Shown here piece by piece: positions 26,501 through 39,948 of a DNA stretch of 64,000 nucleotides; positions within the stretch are counted from its first letter, which is position 1, and each line of letters opens with the position of its first letter. Source of the DNA: Lytechinus pictus (lineage: Eukaryota); assembly GCF_037042905.1 (NCBI RefSeq), contig NC_087251.1:44766001-44830000 (forward strand). The letters are read 5' to 3'. The notes below the pieces were generated by a model. It ran no database searches, was not told the DNA's origin, and saw only the letters and a list, made by a program, of their open reading frames with translations. The position numbers and the translations under genes were made by a program.

Positions 26501-29500
26501 CTACTTGTAAAATTTCTATGGTGATAATTTTCTTTTTAACCACTTGTAGATAGTCTTCATGTGTTCATTCAAAGGTTTGAGGGGGCATAACTCTCTCTGG
26601 CCACATGAGATAATTTGGCCAGAATTAAAAAAGGTGGTTTTTAAAACCATCAGTTGAACCCATGGTATATGCAGATTTCCTGTATAAATTACGCGTATTT
26701 ACTGCGTATAATAAAAAATGTCCAATGCTGATGCGCGCTTTGTCTCAGTGACGCAAATTGACGCCTTTTGCCATGGTTATCCACGCTATTTTACTCATGA
26801 GTCCACTGTTTAAAGAGTGGACTCATCAATTCAAAACAGTAGCCACGTGAATAAAATAGCATGGATAACCTTGGCAACAGGTGTCAATTTGGCACACTGT
26901 GACAAAAGCGCCCATCAGCATTGGACATTTTTTATTATGCGCAGTAAATAAGCGTAATTTATACAGGAAATCTTCATACACCATGGGTTCAACCAATGGT
27001 TTTAAGAACTGCCTTTTTTAATTCTGGCCAAATTATTTCTCGTGGGCAGAGAGTTATGCCCCCTCAAACCTTTGAATTAACCCATTAAGACTATGTGCAA
27101 GTGGTTAAAAAAAGAAAATTATCACCATAGAAATGTTACAAGTAGATTTGAAAGTAAATGTAAAAGTCAAAATCTGCATAAATCACAGGTTGAACTGATG
27201 GTTGTAAAAAGCATCTTTGTGTTTCTTTAAAATAAACTTACTTTCTGCCTCTCCCCTCTGAGGCTGTCTCTAAGAGCATCGCTCGAGGCCAGACCGCCTT
27301 CCAGAGTCCGGATCCTATCCTTGTGGTCCTCATAGTAGCCCTCCGCCTCCCTGGCGCGTCGGATGGCTGCCTGGTGAAGGTTGGCTTGACTTTCAAGCTG
27401 ATCGGAGAGCTGTCTCACCTTGCTTTCCATTGCATCCACATGCTGGTGGTTGAAAAGACAACCCCCAAAAAAATCAACATTTGAAAGTGAACTCTTGCAT
27501 AAATTAAAAATATATATTATTTGAAATATTCATCCAACAAAAATGAAGAATTGCAATAGCTTGCTATTTATTCATGTTTAAAAAAGAATTTTCATCTACA
27601 TGCATAAAGATTAAAGCTTCACTGTAAATGTTGGTGCATTAATGAGGCAAGGGACTATTGAGAACCAACACACTAAAATCTGCACAGAAAACAACACAAT
27701 CGTACATTTTGACTGTTGTTGACAATCTGATGGATACAGCCTGCCTCAGGTCCATGTGAGATTGCAACAAGGAAAAGACACAAATAATTTGATATCTTAA
27801 AGAATGAAACACACAAAGAGAATAATATGACAAATAAACTTAGAAATATAGCAAGCAAGAACGGCCATATTTATCATTTGTCATCATCTAGTATTAGAGC
27901 ACAGCATTAAATCTTCAATTTATGACCATTACTTACCACATTGTTTTCCCTGGAAGCAACCTGTAGAGCTTTGATTCTCTCCTTGATGACATCATCATGT
28001 GGCTGGCAGTTGGAGGTACCTTCGGAAAGCAGAAGAGCAAGGGACTCCTTGAAAGACTTCAGCTCTGTCTTAGCTACCTGAGAATCAAACTCGATGGTCT
28101 TGAACTCCTTGCCGAGGTTCGCTACCCTCACCTCTCTCTCTTCCAGCTCCTTCTGGCGATTGGCCCACATGCCCTGGCTGGCATCAAGACGCTCACGGAG
28201 AGAACGGTTCTCTGCCTCGAGGTGGCTGCGATCTCGGAAAGCAATGTCACGTTCCTGGAATACAATGGAGACAGAAATGCCAATAAATTTTCAGCATGCT
28301 AGGACTGATTCTTTGCTGTTACAAGTTTCTAAATAGACTTTGTGTTTCACAACTCCCAAACAAATGTTTAATGGAGATATATAGTTATAACAGTATCAAA
28401 CTTGCCTAATTTGAATGAAAGAAATCTATTTGAATTTACAGAAGAGGTAAATCACATGATTTTGCATTTGGTATTAGAAATTGCTTGAACTTTGACCATT
28501 ATTCAACTTGGAGGTCAGCTTATGCAGACATAGCTGTGTATGCATACAGTTATTATTGTGAATTACACAATACAACTCAATCAATTCTACATCATGTAGA
28601 TAGGTATTTCAATCAAAATGCCAATGATGATGAGCTGTGTAAAAGACAGTATGAACTACATTATGTGACTGCCCATAATGTCAGCTACCTCAAATTCGGA
28701 CCAAGCAATAACCTACATCCTTAGGCAGCTTCAAAAGATACTCACCATTTTCAGTTTCTCCACTGAGGTAGCCTTCTCGACGTAGGTCTTCTGTTCTCTT
28801 TCGATCTCTCCCACCAGTCTCTGGATGGTTTCTCGGCTTGCCTTGGACTCCAGCTCGCTGCTGTTGTGGGCTTCAGTGAGAGAGGACAACCTCCCTCGAA
28901 GCATGATATTCTCCTGGGCAAGGTCATTCACCTATCAAAAATAAAATGATTACTAAATAAATTTAGATTACCAATGGCTTGATTCTAAAAAGGGCTTTTT
29001 AATTTTTTTTTATCAAGTAAAAGAATTTAGGACAAATGAGAATGATAGACATACAACAATGGAAAAAATAATAGAAAATGGAAATATTAATAGTGTCATA
29101 TATCTAAAAAATGTAGTATTCCAAGTTGCAAAAACAAAATTAGAAAAACCAGCAATGTTTGGACGAGTGTCATAGTGGACTTAACTAGTAATGCTAGAAA
29201 CGATAGAATCAATGAACATAAAGCAAATGAGCAGTCTAGAAAAAAGTTATGTTTGGCTGTCTACATTTGTCTAGAAAGCATAATTTCCTCCTGTTACCTT
29301 TAGAGGGCTAATCATAGCTTGTGAATTCAATATGCCATCATTTTCTCATCTACCTTTATTACTAATTTTGGTTTTTGGCTTTCCGTCTCTAAACACTTAG
29401 GCTATTTCAATGTAAAGAGGTTCCTGTAGATCTCATTCTTGACTAACCTTATCTAGCATCCTCTCAGGAGAAGAACTCTCCAGCTTCATGGCTCCTCGAA

Positions 29501-32500
29501 GCTGCAGGAACACCTCATCAAACTTCCTCTGCAGCGTCTGGGCCTTCTGCTCCGAGTCCTCCCTCTCCGTGGTCAGGTCTCGGATCCTGGACTCCAGCTC
29601 CAGGATCCTCTCCGCCTGGACACCGGACTCCTTCTGGAGCGCCTCGATGGTGTACTCGCCCCGGGCGTGCGCGCCCTCCAGCACCCCGCTCTGGTTGTTG
29701 AGCTCCCCGATGCGATCTCGCAGGGACTGGATGATGGTGAGGTGCTGGGCCGCATCGGATTGCTGGTGCTCCAGCTGGGAGTTGACTTCTTTCAGCTGGA
29801 GTTCACGAGCAGCAACTTTGGCCTGGGCTTCAGCAAGCTACAAATAAAAAGGAAAAACAAAGAAAATTCAATCAAGAATTACCTTGATAATTCCAAGCTC
29901 ATGACAATATTGTCTCAATAAACAAAGTCGCACTGACACACTGCATTTTTTATTTTGATATTCTGTTTGGTGTATAACTTTCTATGTTTACCAATAACTT
30001 GCAAATACATTACGCATATATCATAAAAACACAAATAACACAATTTGATTTCATGTCGGTAATAATTTTTTAACAAATTATTTAACAGTGAAACACATAT
30101 GGTCTGTTTCCATAAAATATATTTATTTTTGACAGATTGTTAACTCCTTACCCATGGAACAATTAGTGTTTGTAAAAGATTGTAAGCATAGCTCCTACAT
30201 GTAGTAGGAGAGTCGGTATCATTACCTCAGTTTCGAGTTGTTCATTTTTTAGATGCAGAAGAGCCAGGTCTCTCTTGGGTGCTGATTCCGCTTGCATCTT
30301 GAGTTGTGAGAGTTTAGAAGATAGCACCGCATCAGAGTACATACGGCTGGACTGTTGGGATGGGAAGAATGAATAATATATCAAGCTTTCTGTTCTTGTT
30401 AATCTTCTTGCGATTATTATCTGATATAAAATGTTACACTGGATTACTTAAACAGGATTTTTTTTTTATACCTCACTTCTTTACCAATTTATGACTGCTA
30501 GTGAAAGATTCAATTTGAATGTTCTAAGTACCTTGTATATTTAACACACAGAACACAGAGACTAATACTTATAGAAATCTGTATGATTGCTGAGCACTAT
30601 ATTTCATCACTTTAAATAATTTATCACTGTCCTATCACTATCTCTACTTTGTCCTGAAGTTTGATAATAATAAATAAACAATGATAATGATCAAATACAG
30701 TTATAAACCATCCTTACCTTGTCTTCAAATGCAACATGTTTCCTGTGAGCCAAGATATCCCCTCTGAAAAGCAATATGAGACAATTGAATTAGGCCTAAT
30801 ATTTCCAATACATGTATATATTCTACATGCTACCACACTCATTACATTAGATCATGATTGACATTTAAATCAAAGGAACATCAATTTGAATCCAACTATT
30901 AACAATAGATGCACCTTCAGTTATGAATTCATAAAAAAACAAGTGGAATGCCTCTGGCCGTCTCACCTGCATCACGCGATTCAATATAGCAGCAGTGCTG
31001 ATTTTGAAAACTACTATAACTCGCACAAGATGTTCAGTGATACTTGGTTACTCTTATTTCCACGTTTTATGAACTAGACCAATACACTTATAGAGATATG
31101 ATGGCAATTCAACAAATACCCCCAACGTGGCCAAAGTTCTTTGACCTTACATGACCTTTGACCTTGATCATGTGACCTGAAACTCGCACAGGATGTTCAG
31201 TGATACTTGATTACTATTATGTCCAAGTTTTATGAACTAGACCAACACACTTTCAAATTTATGGCTGTAATTCAACAAATACCCCAATTTGGCCAAAGTT
31301 CATTGACCCTAAATGACCTTTGACCTTGATCATGTGACCTGAAACTTGCACAGGATGTTCAGTAATACTTGATTAACCTTATGGCCAAGTTTCATGAACT
31401 AGGTCCATATACTTTCTAAGTTATGCTGTCATTTCAAAAACTTAACCTCAGGTTAAGATTTGGTGTTGACGCCGCCGTCGCCGCCGTCGGAAAAGCGGCG
31501 CCTATAGTCTCACTCTGCTATGCAGGTGAGACAAAAACCAGGCATCTTTCTGAGAAAAAAAATGTCTGACATTCAGAGGTCGCAAATACTTTTCCAAACT
31601 ACCGGAAATCCAATTGTCCATCCTTCCTGAGAATTTTCCTATATTTGATATCAAACATCAACTCTGGATTTGAATATCTACATCCAACATAAAAAGGGTG
31701 ATTTCAATCTATTTTCAGACCCAAATTGGTCACCCACTTGGATAATTCTAAAAGATTCTTCCCATCTTACCTGGATAAGTCTTGTATGAGTTTGTCTTTC
31801 TTTTCTGCTTCTGTTCTGTACAATTTGACTTGTTCATGTAGCTGCATAAAAAAAGAAAAGAAGAAGACTAAAATTATACATGTACTGTACATAGAGCATG
31901 CAGGAGCAAACAAACAAATGTAATTGTTATGAAATAAATTATAAAACCATGGCAATTTCATTACTTGACCAAGTTTAGTCAATACATTTTATACAGTTGC
32001 ATTACCTTGGTGAAGGGTGGCTGATGTTTAAATTAAGGTTGTTGTTTTTTTTCATTTAAATCCATAAAAATAATTTATATAGCATAGCAATAAAGTGATG
32101 TCTTGTTGACTTTCTTGATTCAAACCCACCATCTAATGTAAATAGACCAAATGTCTGGCTCCGCTGTCCCCGGGAGAGCCAGTCAAATGTATTGCTGTAC
32201 ACACGGGTGGCAAAATTATTTCCAAACAGTTCTCTTTGTGCAAAATAACCCCCTAAACAAGTTTTCGCGGGCTACACATTTTGGCCCCTTAAGTTGTCGC
32301 CAGAATATGACCTCGGGGAAAAAGCTTGGGGGAAAAAACATACCCTAAACACGTTTAGCTAGTCTTAAAAAAAAAAAAAGCTTTGGAAGAAAAACATACC
32401 CTAAATACGTTTGACCTAGCGATTGACCATTGACCAGTCTTTCGAAATACCCTTTTGAAATTGGTGTTTTTGTTAAACGAGTGCACGCACGGCCCGCTTC

Positions 32501-33016
32501 CAAAACTGAAAAAACACCCCTTTAAACATGTTTTTCTGGTCATGCGTGTGTACAGCAATATATTTGACTGCCCCCCCCCCCCCCCCCCCCGGGACACTGT
32601 CTCACCTGTCTGGTCATTCCGGTTAATAAGAGTTTAACTAATATAGTCAAACTCAAACAAAGACTTTATTATTCAGCTAACTTAAGTTAAATTCTATCCC
32701 AAATTTCTTCTTCAAGTTCAAGCCAACTGGTGTATTGTAGAATAACGTAGTAGAAAGCCTACTCTTAATCATTTACACATTATTTCATCACCATATCTGC
32801 CATTCCGTGACTACTTACATCTTGCACCAGTTTTCTCGACTGCATCGGGCTTGCATACGCCGAAGCGTTAGGCGACCCAGATGGGGGAGCAGAGCGATTG
32901 TGGACAAGTCGTTGAATTTCATCGTCTAAAAGTCGCAAATCCGCTGCTCTTCCTCCTCCTCCTCCCGATAATCTTGGGAGACCATCCTCGATACGATCTC
33001 TACTGTAATATGCCAT
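23589..33016 (-). CDS. CCDC170: Coiled-coil domain-containing protein 170, 825 aa, 11 coding exons
   Basis: Exons (minus) 33016-32819, 31841-31771, 30763-30718, 30351-30226, 29837-29448, 28931-28746, 28254-27937, 27442-27242, 26156-25983, 24689-24447, 24113-23589. All GT-AG and phase-consistent (2478 nt). Family-like motifs ESKASRETIQRLVGE, LLARAEQL, LQRK|VKTLKQQLESKDLHLDLMRKK, REQQLTDFRQVIGRMLG..VPDYEIIARLEK. Confidence 0.88.
24744..25015 (+). mobile_element. tRNA-derived SINE in a CCDC170 intron
   Basis: A box TGGCTCAGTCGG, B box GGTTCAAACCC, acceptor stem not paired, followed by a non-tRNA body. Confidence 0.65.
25241..25821. mobile_element. TTAA-flanked, largely palindromic MITE, family A
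   Basis: TTAA|AGGGATAGTCCGGGCTGAAA ... TTTCAGCCCGGACCATCCCT|TTAA; long inverted arms. Confidence 0.88.
26497..27149. mobile_element. ~650-bp hairpin-type (foldback) MITE
   Basis: AAATCTACTTGTAAAATTTCTATGGTGATAATTTTC ... GAAAATTATCACCATAGAAATGTTACAAGTAGATTT; arms complementary to the centre near 26810. Confidence 0.8.
30938..31537 (-). mobile_element. Helentron/HINE (DINE-1-like) non-autonomous element
   Basis: Subterminal IRs GTCTCACCTGCAT / ATGCAGGTGAGAC, short 5' IR followed by a GC microsatellite, internal tandem repeats with TGACCTTTGACCTT, end CTTGTT in a T-rich site. Confidence 0.65.
32169..32593. mobile_element. CCCGGG-terminated MITE
   Basis: TIRs CAGTCAAATGTATTGCTGTACAC / GTGTACAGCAATATATTTGACTG; degraded 8-bp TSD CCGCTGTC/ACACTGTC; shares the ACCCTAAACACG motif with 39949-40502. 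Confidence 0.7.
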
Positions 33017-33148
33017 TTCCAAGATTTATTATGAGGTACATACAACTTTATTTTCACTTATGAATTGGCGAGATCAACAACAATTTTGCGAAAATCACTG
33101 GAATGCGAATGAAATTGTACATACACATTGCGTGTACACATTACAACC

Positions 33149-33170
33149 TTTGCTAGGCAACAAACAAACA
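33149..33170 (-). promoter_or_regulatory. RFX X-box plus adjacent forkhead (FoxJ1-type) site upstream of CCDC170
   Basis: Minus strand TGTTTGTTT-GTTGCCTAGCAAA, ~135-155 bp upstream of the ATG. Confidence 0.6.
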
Positions 33171-36100
33171 CCTGCTATACGGCGCTCCAGCGTAAATCGG
33201 ATCGTATCTCGTCGCTGGTTTTCGGGTTGATGACAGAATTAATTAATTGGACGAATCGATTATGTGCATGGGGGAATCAGCCTGGCTGTCACAAGTAATA
33301 CAATATCATATTATGAACTGAGATTGAACGTTCAAAATACATTTGGGAAAATAAAGATCACATATAATTGCCAATAATCAAAATTATCTCGCTTAGTTTT
33401 CGACTGTTTTGTGTGAGTCATTTGGAAAATTTGATTAGATTTTGTATATCATGAACATGATAATAATAATGGAGCACTCCACCTGTTTTACCATTTTCCC
33501 ATTTTTCTCGAGGACATATATTTCACCTCATTAGAGTTGCTTTGGCGACGATTGAACACAATTTATGATGCCTTTTTTTTGCATAGATCTAAATTGTATT
33601 ATAATATAACATGATTAGATAAGATAAAATGATTTATGATAAGATTTTATAAGATAAAAAGAGAATACGAGAGAGGGAGAAAGATGGGACCCGAGATGGG
33701 ATAATGGAGAAGAGACAGGGAGAAGAGAGAAAAGGAGAGAAGAGAGGAGAATAGATCGAATGGTGGGGGGAGGACCCGGGGGCGAAATTATTTTTCCCAC
33801 CGAGTTCTGGACCAACATATGAATATTCATTACTTGCGTCTTCGGATTAAGAGTACGCATGCGCGTGGACTCTGCCTCGACCAGTGATGGTCGTAAGCAT
33901 TCACGTTCAGTTGCTCAGAATGAATATTAGCATCGTCAAATTACCGGTACTCTTACATAGTTACATATGCCTTATATATATCCAATTCTTAAACACTTTT
34001 CAAACTAGCTGCCATTAATGGCAAGACATGTGCTAGGCTAGGGCTCGATCGCTTAGGCTAGCGCATTAACTTTACCTCAAATCTGGACCTGTCTAATGCC
34101 TAGTACTAATCAGTGTTGTAGTGCCTTGGCCTTGAACATTCAAGCCTTGGCCTTGGCCTTGAGGATTTTGAGCCTTGAAATTTCAAGGCATTTTCAAGGC
34201 ATTTTGTATTATGTACTTTCATTTGTTTTATAAGTAATTATAAATGTTTCAGTTTTTTTTTTAATAGTTAATGACACTAATGGTCAATACTACCAGTCAC
34301 CAGTAACATCAGCAGCAGCAGTAGTATGTGTACTAGCAGTGTCATCAATTGTAATTGTCACCATTATCAAGAATTTTCAAACAAAGAATACATCAGTTAT
34401 GAAAAATAGCATTATGTATTGGTAATGTGTTGTAATCATGACTAATGATGTTAATGACAGTAAATAATAATGATCAAGATCAAGATAATAGTGCTTTGAT
34501 GACAAGAATAAATTTGACATCTGACTGCAATTTTGACAACAATATTCATACTTTAAACATAGCTAACTCTAACGCACGATAACAAGGTTGATTTCTATTC
34601 CATTAGGATTTTCCTTGTATTATTTTCTTTGGCCAACAAGAATGAAAAGATTTGGTAAACTTGAACACAGTCTTCAATTTTGTCATATCCAAATGGGTTA
34701 TGTCAATGGCATGATGAGCCAGAAACTTTGAGGGGCCAAGTATGGCATATAGAGCAAAACTTCTGTAAAAAAAAAGAAGAAAGCGATTGAAGCGAGCGAG
34801 TGAACAAAATTTGTCCCCCTCTTTCTATAGGAAAAGCTAATTTTGCGATAGATTGTTTAAAAAATAATATCACATTTACTCTATCTTTTCATTTCCCTTC
34901 CCCCTTATCTAAGTGTATTCTTGGTGGTGGAACTTCTTCTTCTCTCTATCTCTTTTCTAAATTGTATATTTGTTTTGGGTCAGATTGACAAAACAAAGGG
35001 GGAAAATGTTTACTTCTTTTTAATCATATATCGTTCAACAGTGAATTTCATTTCTTTACAGTTTCAAGGAAATAAACAACGTATTTGTTTTTGTGTCAAT
35101 ATGGTTTCAAGAAATAATGATTAATTAAAAAAAAGTAATTTAATAATTAATTATTATTAATATTATCAACAAGTATTAATAATTAATGATTGATTAACTG
35201 TTTAAAGAAATAATTAAGATTTACCCTCTCCCAACTAAGGGTATGGGGTGCGCCCTGTTTACTTTATATCCTTTTGAATATAACTTTATTTTGTTAGTAT
35301 TCTTTATTCTGTTTTTTTTTTTAAGGTAAAATAAGTGTAGAAGATACAAGAAATGAGAATTGAAATTTAAAAGTGGTTGTAAGCAGAAAAAAAAAAGAAA
35401 GCTGACAAGAGTCCTAAAAATGACTCATTTTTAGTTTAAGCATTTAAAAATTTTAACTTGCGTTTTGTGCTCTCTAGCCCCCCCCCAAAAAAAAAAAATC
35501 CCTGTAGGATTTTTATTTCCAAATGAAATATGCCCTTTTTAAAAAAGAAATATACCTTCTTTAATAATAAAACATAATACATTTTAGGTTCGAAAATCAC
35601 AGATTTTGAATCGTGCTTGCATCAATTATTGTTTAGTACAGTACTAATCCTGCTCATGGTTACAAAAATGTATAGAATGTTGCTTAATGGTTGGAATATC
35701 ACAAAAAAGCAAGGACCCCCCAGTGCCCCCCCCCCATAAAAAAATCCTAGCTACGCCACTGCATTGCATGGAACGTATTATAACGTCAGGCACTTGATCA
35801 GTGATCTTGATCCCCGTCTTCCCCCCCCCCCAAATTAAGGATTTCTTAGCTGAAAAAAAATTGACAAGCAAAAAAAAAAATCTTCACGTTCAAAAGAGGG
35901 GACATAAGTCTTTTTTTGTTGCATTTTGACATTACAAATTATTGATTTGGCTTCTCAAAGGGGGGAGGGCACGTCCCCTGGATCAGTTGTAAATTGTCAG
36001 GGGGCAGTCTGCGCCCCCCCCCCCCCCTTGGTACACTAGTTGTTCCATGCTGATACAGCGTAGATCAGAGTCTAGATCTAGAGACTAGACTAGAACTAAG

Positions 36101-36304
36101 ATATCTTTTAGATCTAGGACTGGTTCTGTATACGGACTAGAAATATTAAACCATGTTAAATAAAATCAAACGTAAAGTTCGGAATTTGGTTCGAAGTTTT
36201 AAACCATGGCATTAGTCGGCTATTACTATTAGTATTAGGCATTAGACAGGTCCAGATTTGAGGTAAAGTTAATGCGTTAGCCTAAGCTAGCCCTAGCCTA
36301 GCAC

Positions 36305-36879
36305 GGTTACACTTCGTAATTCCGAAGGTTCTTTATTCCGAAGGTTCGTAATTCCGAAACACGAAAATTGCCTTTACCTCGATGCTCGTTAATCCGAAAA
36401 CGTAGAAGGGTTCGTTAATCCGAACATTTGTGGCGTTATTCCGAAGGTTCGTTATTCCGAAGGTTCGATAATCCGAAAACGAAATAAGGTTCGATGTACC
36501 GAAGGTTCGTTAATCCAAAAACGAAATAAGGTTCGTTGTTCCGAAGGTTCGTTAATCCGAAAACGAAATAAGGTTCGTTGTTCCGAAGGTTTGTTAGTCC
36601 GAAAACGAAATAAGGTTCGTTAATCATTTCGTTTTCGGACTAACAAACCTTCGGAATTACGAATCTCATTTCGTTTTCGGATTAACGAACCTTCGGAATT
36701 ACGAACCTCACTTCGTTTTCGGACTAAGGAACCTTCGGAATTACGAACCTCATTTCTTTTTCGGACTAACGAACCTTCGGAATTACGAACCTTCGGAAAT
36801 ACGAACCTTCGGAATAACGAACCTTCGGAATATCCGAACCTTCGGAATAACGAAGCTTCGGAATTACGAATGTATGCGG
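36305..36879. mobile_element. Palindromic element built of ~16-bp TTCCGAAGGTTCG subrepeats
   Basis: Subrepeats switch orientation near 36625; 8-bp TSD-like CCTAGCAC (36297-36304) / CCTAGGAC (36880-36887). Confidence 0.75.
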
Positions 36880-39708
36880 CCTAGGACATGTCTTGCCATC
36901 ATTAATACTTGTTGATAATATTAATAATAATTAATTATTCAATTACTATTTTTTTATTAATCATTATTTCTTGAAACCATATTGACACAAAAACAAATAC
37001 GTTGTTTATTTCCTTGAAACTGTAGAGAAATGAAATTCACTGTTGAACGATATATGATTAAAAAGAAGTAAACATTTTCCCCCCTTTGTTTTGTCAATCT
37101 GACCCAAAACAAATATACAATTTAGAAAAGAGATAGAGAGAAGAAGAAGTTCCACCACCAAGAATACACTTAGATAAGGGGGGAAGGGAAAGGAAAAGAT
37201 GGAGTAAATGTGATATTATTTTTTAAACAATCTATCGCAAAATTAGCTTTTCCTATAGAAAGAGGGGGACAAATTTTGTTCACTCGCTCGCTTCAATCGC
37301 TTTCTTCTTTTTTTTTGACAGAAATTTTGCTCTATATGCCATGCTTGGCCCCTCAAAGTTTCTGGCTCATCATGCCATTGACATAACCCATTTGGATATG
37401 ACAAAATTGAAGACTGTGTTCAAGTTTACCAAATCTTTTCAGAATATCATTAAGACTTAAAACATTCTTGTTGGCCAAAGAAAATAATACAAGGAAAATC
37501 CTAATGGAATAGAAATCAACCTTGTTATCGTGCTTTAGAGTTAGCTATGTTTAAAGTACGAAAATTGTTGTCAAAATTGCAGTCAGATGTCAAATTTATT
37601 CTTGTCATCAAAGCACTATTATCTTGATCTTGATCATTATTATTTACTGTCATTATCATCATTAGTCATGATTACAACACATTACCAATACATAATGCTA
37701 ATTTTCATAACTGATGTATTCTTTGTTTGAAAATTCTTGATAATGGTGACAATTACAATCGATGACACTGCTAGTACACTTACTACTGCTGCTGCTGCTA
37801 ATGTTACTGCTGACTGGTAGTATTGACCATTATAGTGTCATTAAATATTAAAAAAAACAACTGAAACATTTATAATTACTTATAAAACAAATGAAAGTAC
37901 ATAATACAAAATGCCTTGAAAATGCCTTGAAAATGCCTTGAAAATGCCTTGAAATTTCAAGGCTCAAAATCCTCAAGGCCAAGGCCAAGGCTTGAATGTT
38001 CAAGGCCAAGGCACTACAACACTGATTAGTACTAGGCATTAGACAGGTCCAGATTTGAGGTAAAGTTAATGCGCTAGCCTAAGCGAGCCCGAAGGTTCGA
38101 TAATCCGAAAACGAAATAAGGTTCGATGTACCGAAGGTTCGTTAATCCAAAAACGAAATAAGGTTCGTTAATCCGAAAACGAAATAAGGTTCGTTGTTCC
38201 GAAGGTTTGTTAGTCCGAAAACGAAATAAGGTTCGTTAATCATTTCGTTTTCGGACTAACAAACCTTCGGAATTACGAATCTCATTTCGTTTTCGGATTA
38301 ACGAACCTTCGGAATTACGAACCTCACTTCGTTTTCGGACTAAGGAACCTTCGGAATTACGAACCTCATTTCTTTTTCGGACTAACGAACCTTCGGAATT
38401 ACGAACCTTCGGAAATACGAACCTTCGGAATAACGAACCTTCGGAATATCCGAACCTTCGGAATAACGAAGCTTCGGAATTACGAATGTATGCGGCCTAG
38501 GACATGTCTTGCCATCATTAATACTTGTTGATAATATTAATAATAATTAATTATTCAATTACTATTTTTTTATTAATCATTATTTCTTGAAACCATATTG
38601 ACACAAAAACAAATACGTTGTTTATTTCCTTGAAACTGTAGAGAAATGAAATTCACTGTTGAACGATATATGATTAAAAAGAAGTAAACATTTTCCCCCC
38701 TTTGTTTTGTCAATCTGACCCAAAACAAATATACAATTTAGAAAAGAGATAGAGAGAAGAAGAAGTTCCACCACCAAGAATACACTTAGATAAGGGGGGA
38801 AGGGAAAGGAAAAGATGGAGTAAATGTGATATTATTTTTTAAACAATCTATCGCAAAATTAGCTTTTCCTATAGAAAGAGGGGGACAAATTTTGTTCACT
38901 CGCTCGCTTCAATCGCTTTCTTCTTTTTTTTTGACAGAAATTTTGCTCTATATGCCATGCTTGGCCCCTCAAAGTTTCTGGCTCATCATGCCATTGACAT
39001 AACCCATTTGGATATGACAAAATTGAAGACTGTGTTCAAGTTTACCAAATCTTTTCAGAATATCATTAAGACTTAAAACATTCTTGTTGGCCAAAGAAAA
39101 TAATACAAGGAAAATCCTAATGGAATAGAAATCAACCTTGTTATCGTGCTTTAGAGTTAGCTATGTTTAAAGTACGAAAATTGTTGTCAAAATTGCAGTC
39201 AGATGTCAAATTTATTCTTGTCATCAAAGCACTATTATCTTGATCTTGATCATTATTATTTACTGTCATTATCATCATTAGTCATGATTACAACACATTA
39301 CCAATACATAATGCTAATTTTCATAACTGATGTATTCTTTGTTTGAAAATTCTTGATAATGGTGACAATTACAATCGATGACACTGCTAGTACACTTACT
39401 ACTGCTGCTGCTGCTAATGTTACTGCTGACTGGTAGTATTGACCATTATAGTGTCATTAAATATTAAAAAAAACAACTGAAACATTTATAATTACTTATA
39501 AAACAAATGAAAGTACATAATACAAAATGCCTTGAAAATGCCTTGAAAATGCCTTGAAAATGCCTTGAAATTTCAAGGCTCAAAATCCTCAAGGCCAAGG
39601 CCAAGGCTTGAATGTTCAAGGCCAAGGCACTACAACACTGATTAGTACTAGGCATTAGACAGGTCCAGATTTGAGGTAAAGTTAATGCGCTAGCCTAAGC
39701 GAGCCCTA
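36459..39708 (+). repeat. ~1.62-kb direct tandem duplication
   Basis: ~36459-38089 repeated at ~38090-39708; identical ORFs at 37848 and 39464 (offset 1616). Confidence 0.9.
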
Positions 39709-39948
39709 GCCTAGCACATGTCTTGCCATTAATGGCAGCTAGTTTGAAAAGTGTTTAAGAATTGTATATATATAAGAGTACCGGTAATTTGACGATGCTA
39801 ATATTCATTCTGAGCAACTGAACGTGAATGCTTACGACCATCACTGGTCGAGGCAGAGTCCACGCGCATGCGTACTCTTAATCCGAAGACGCAAGTCATG
39901 AATATTCATATGTTGGTCCAGAACTCGGTGGGAAAAATAATTTCGCGA

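Larger units (their letters stand above)
33782..39946. mobile_element. 6.2-kb foldback-type element with ~1.4-kb inverted arms and 9-bp TSD
   Basis: Ends GCGAAATTATTTTTCCCACCGAG / CTCGGTGGGAAAAATAATTTCGC; TSD GACCCGGGG at 33773-33781 and 39947-39955; 33782-~35179 is inverted relative to ~38517-39946. Confidence 0.85.
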
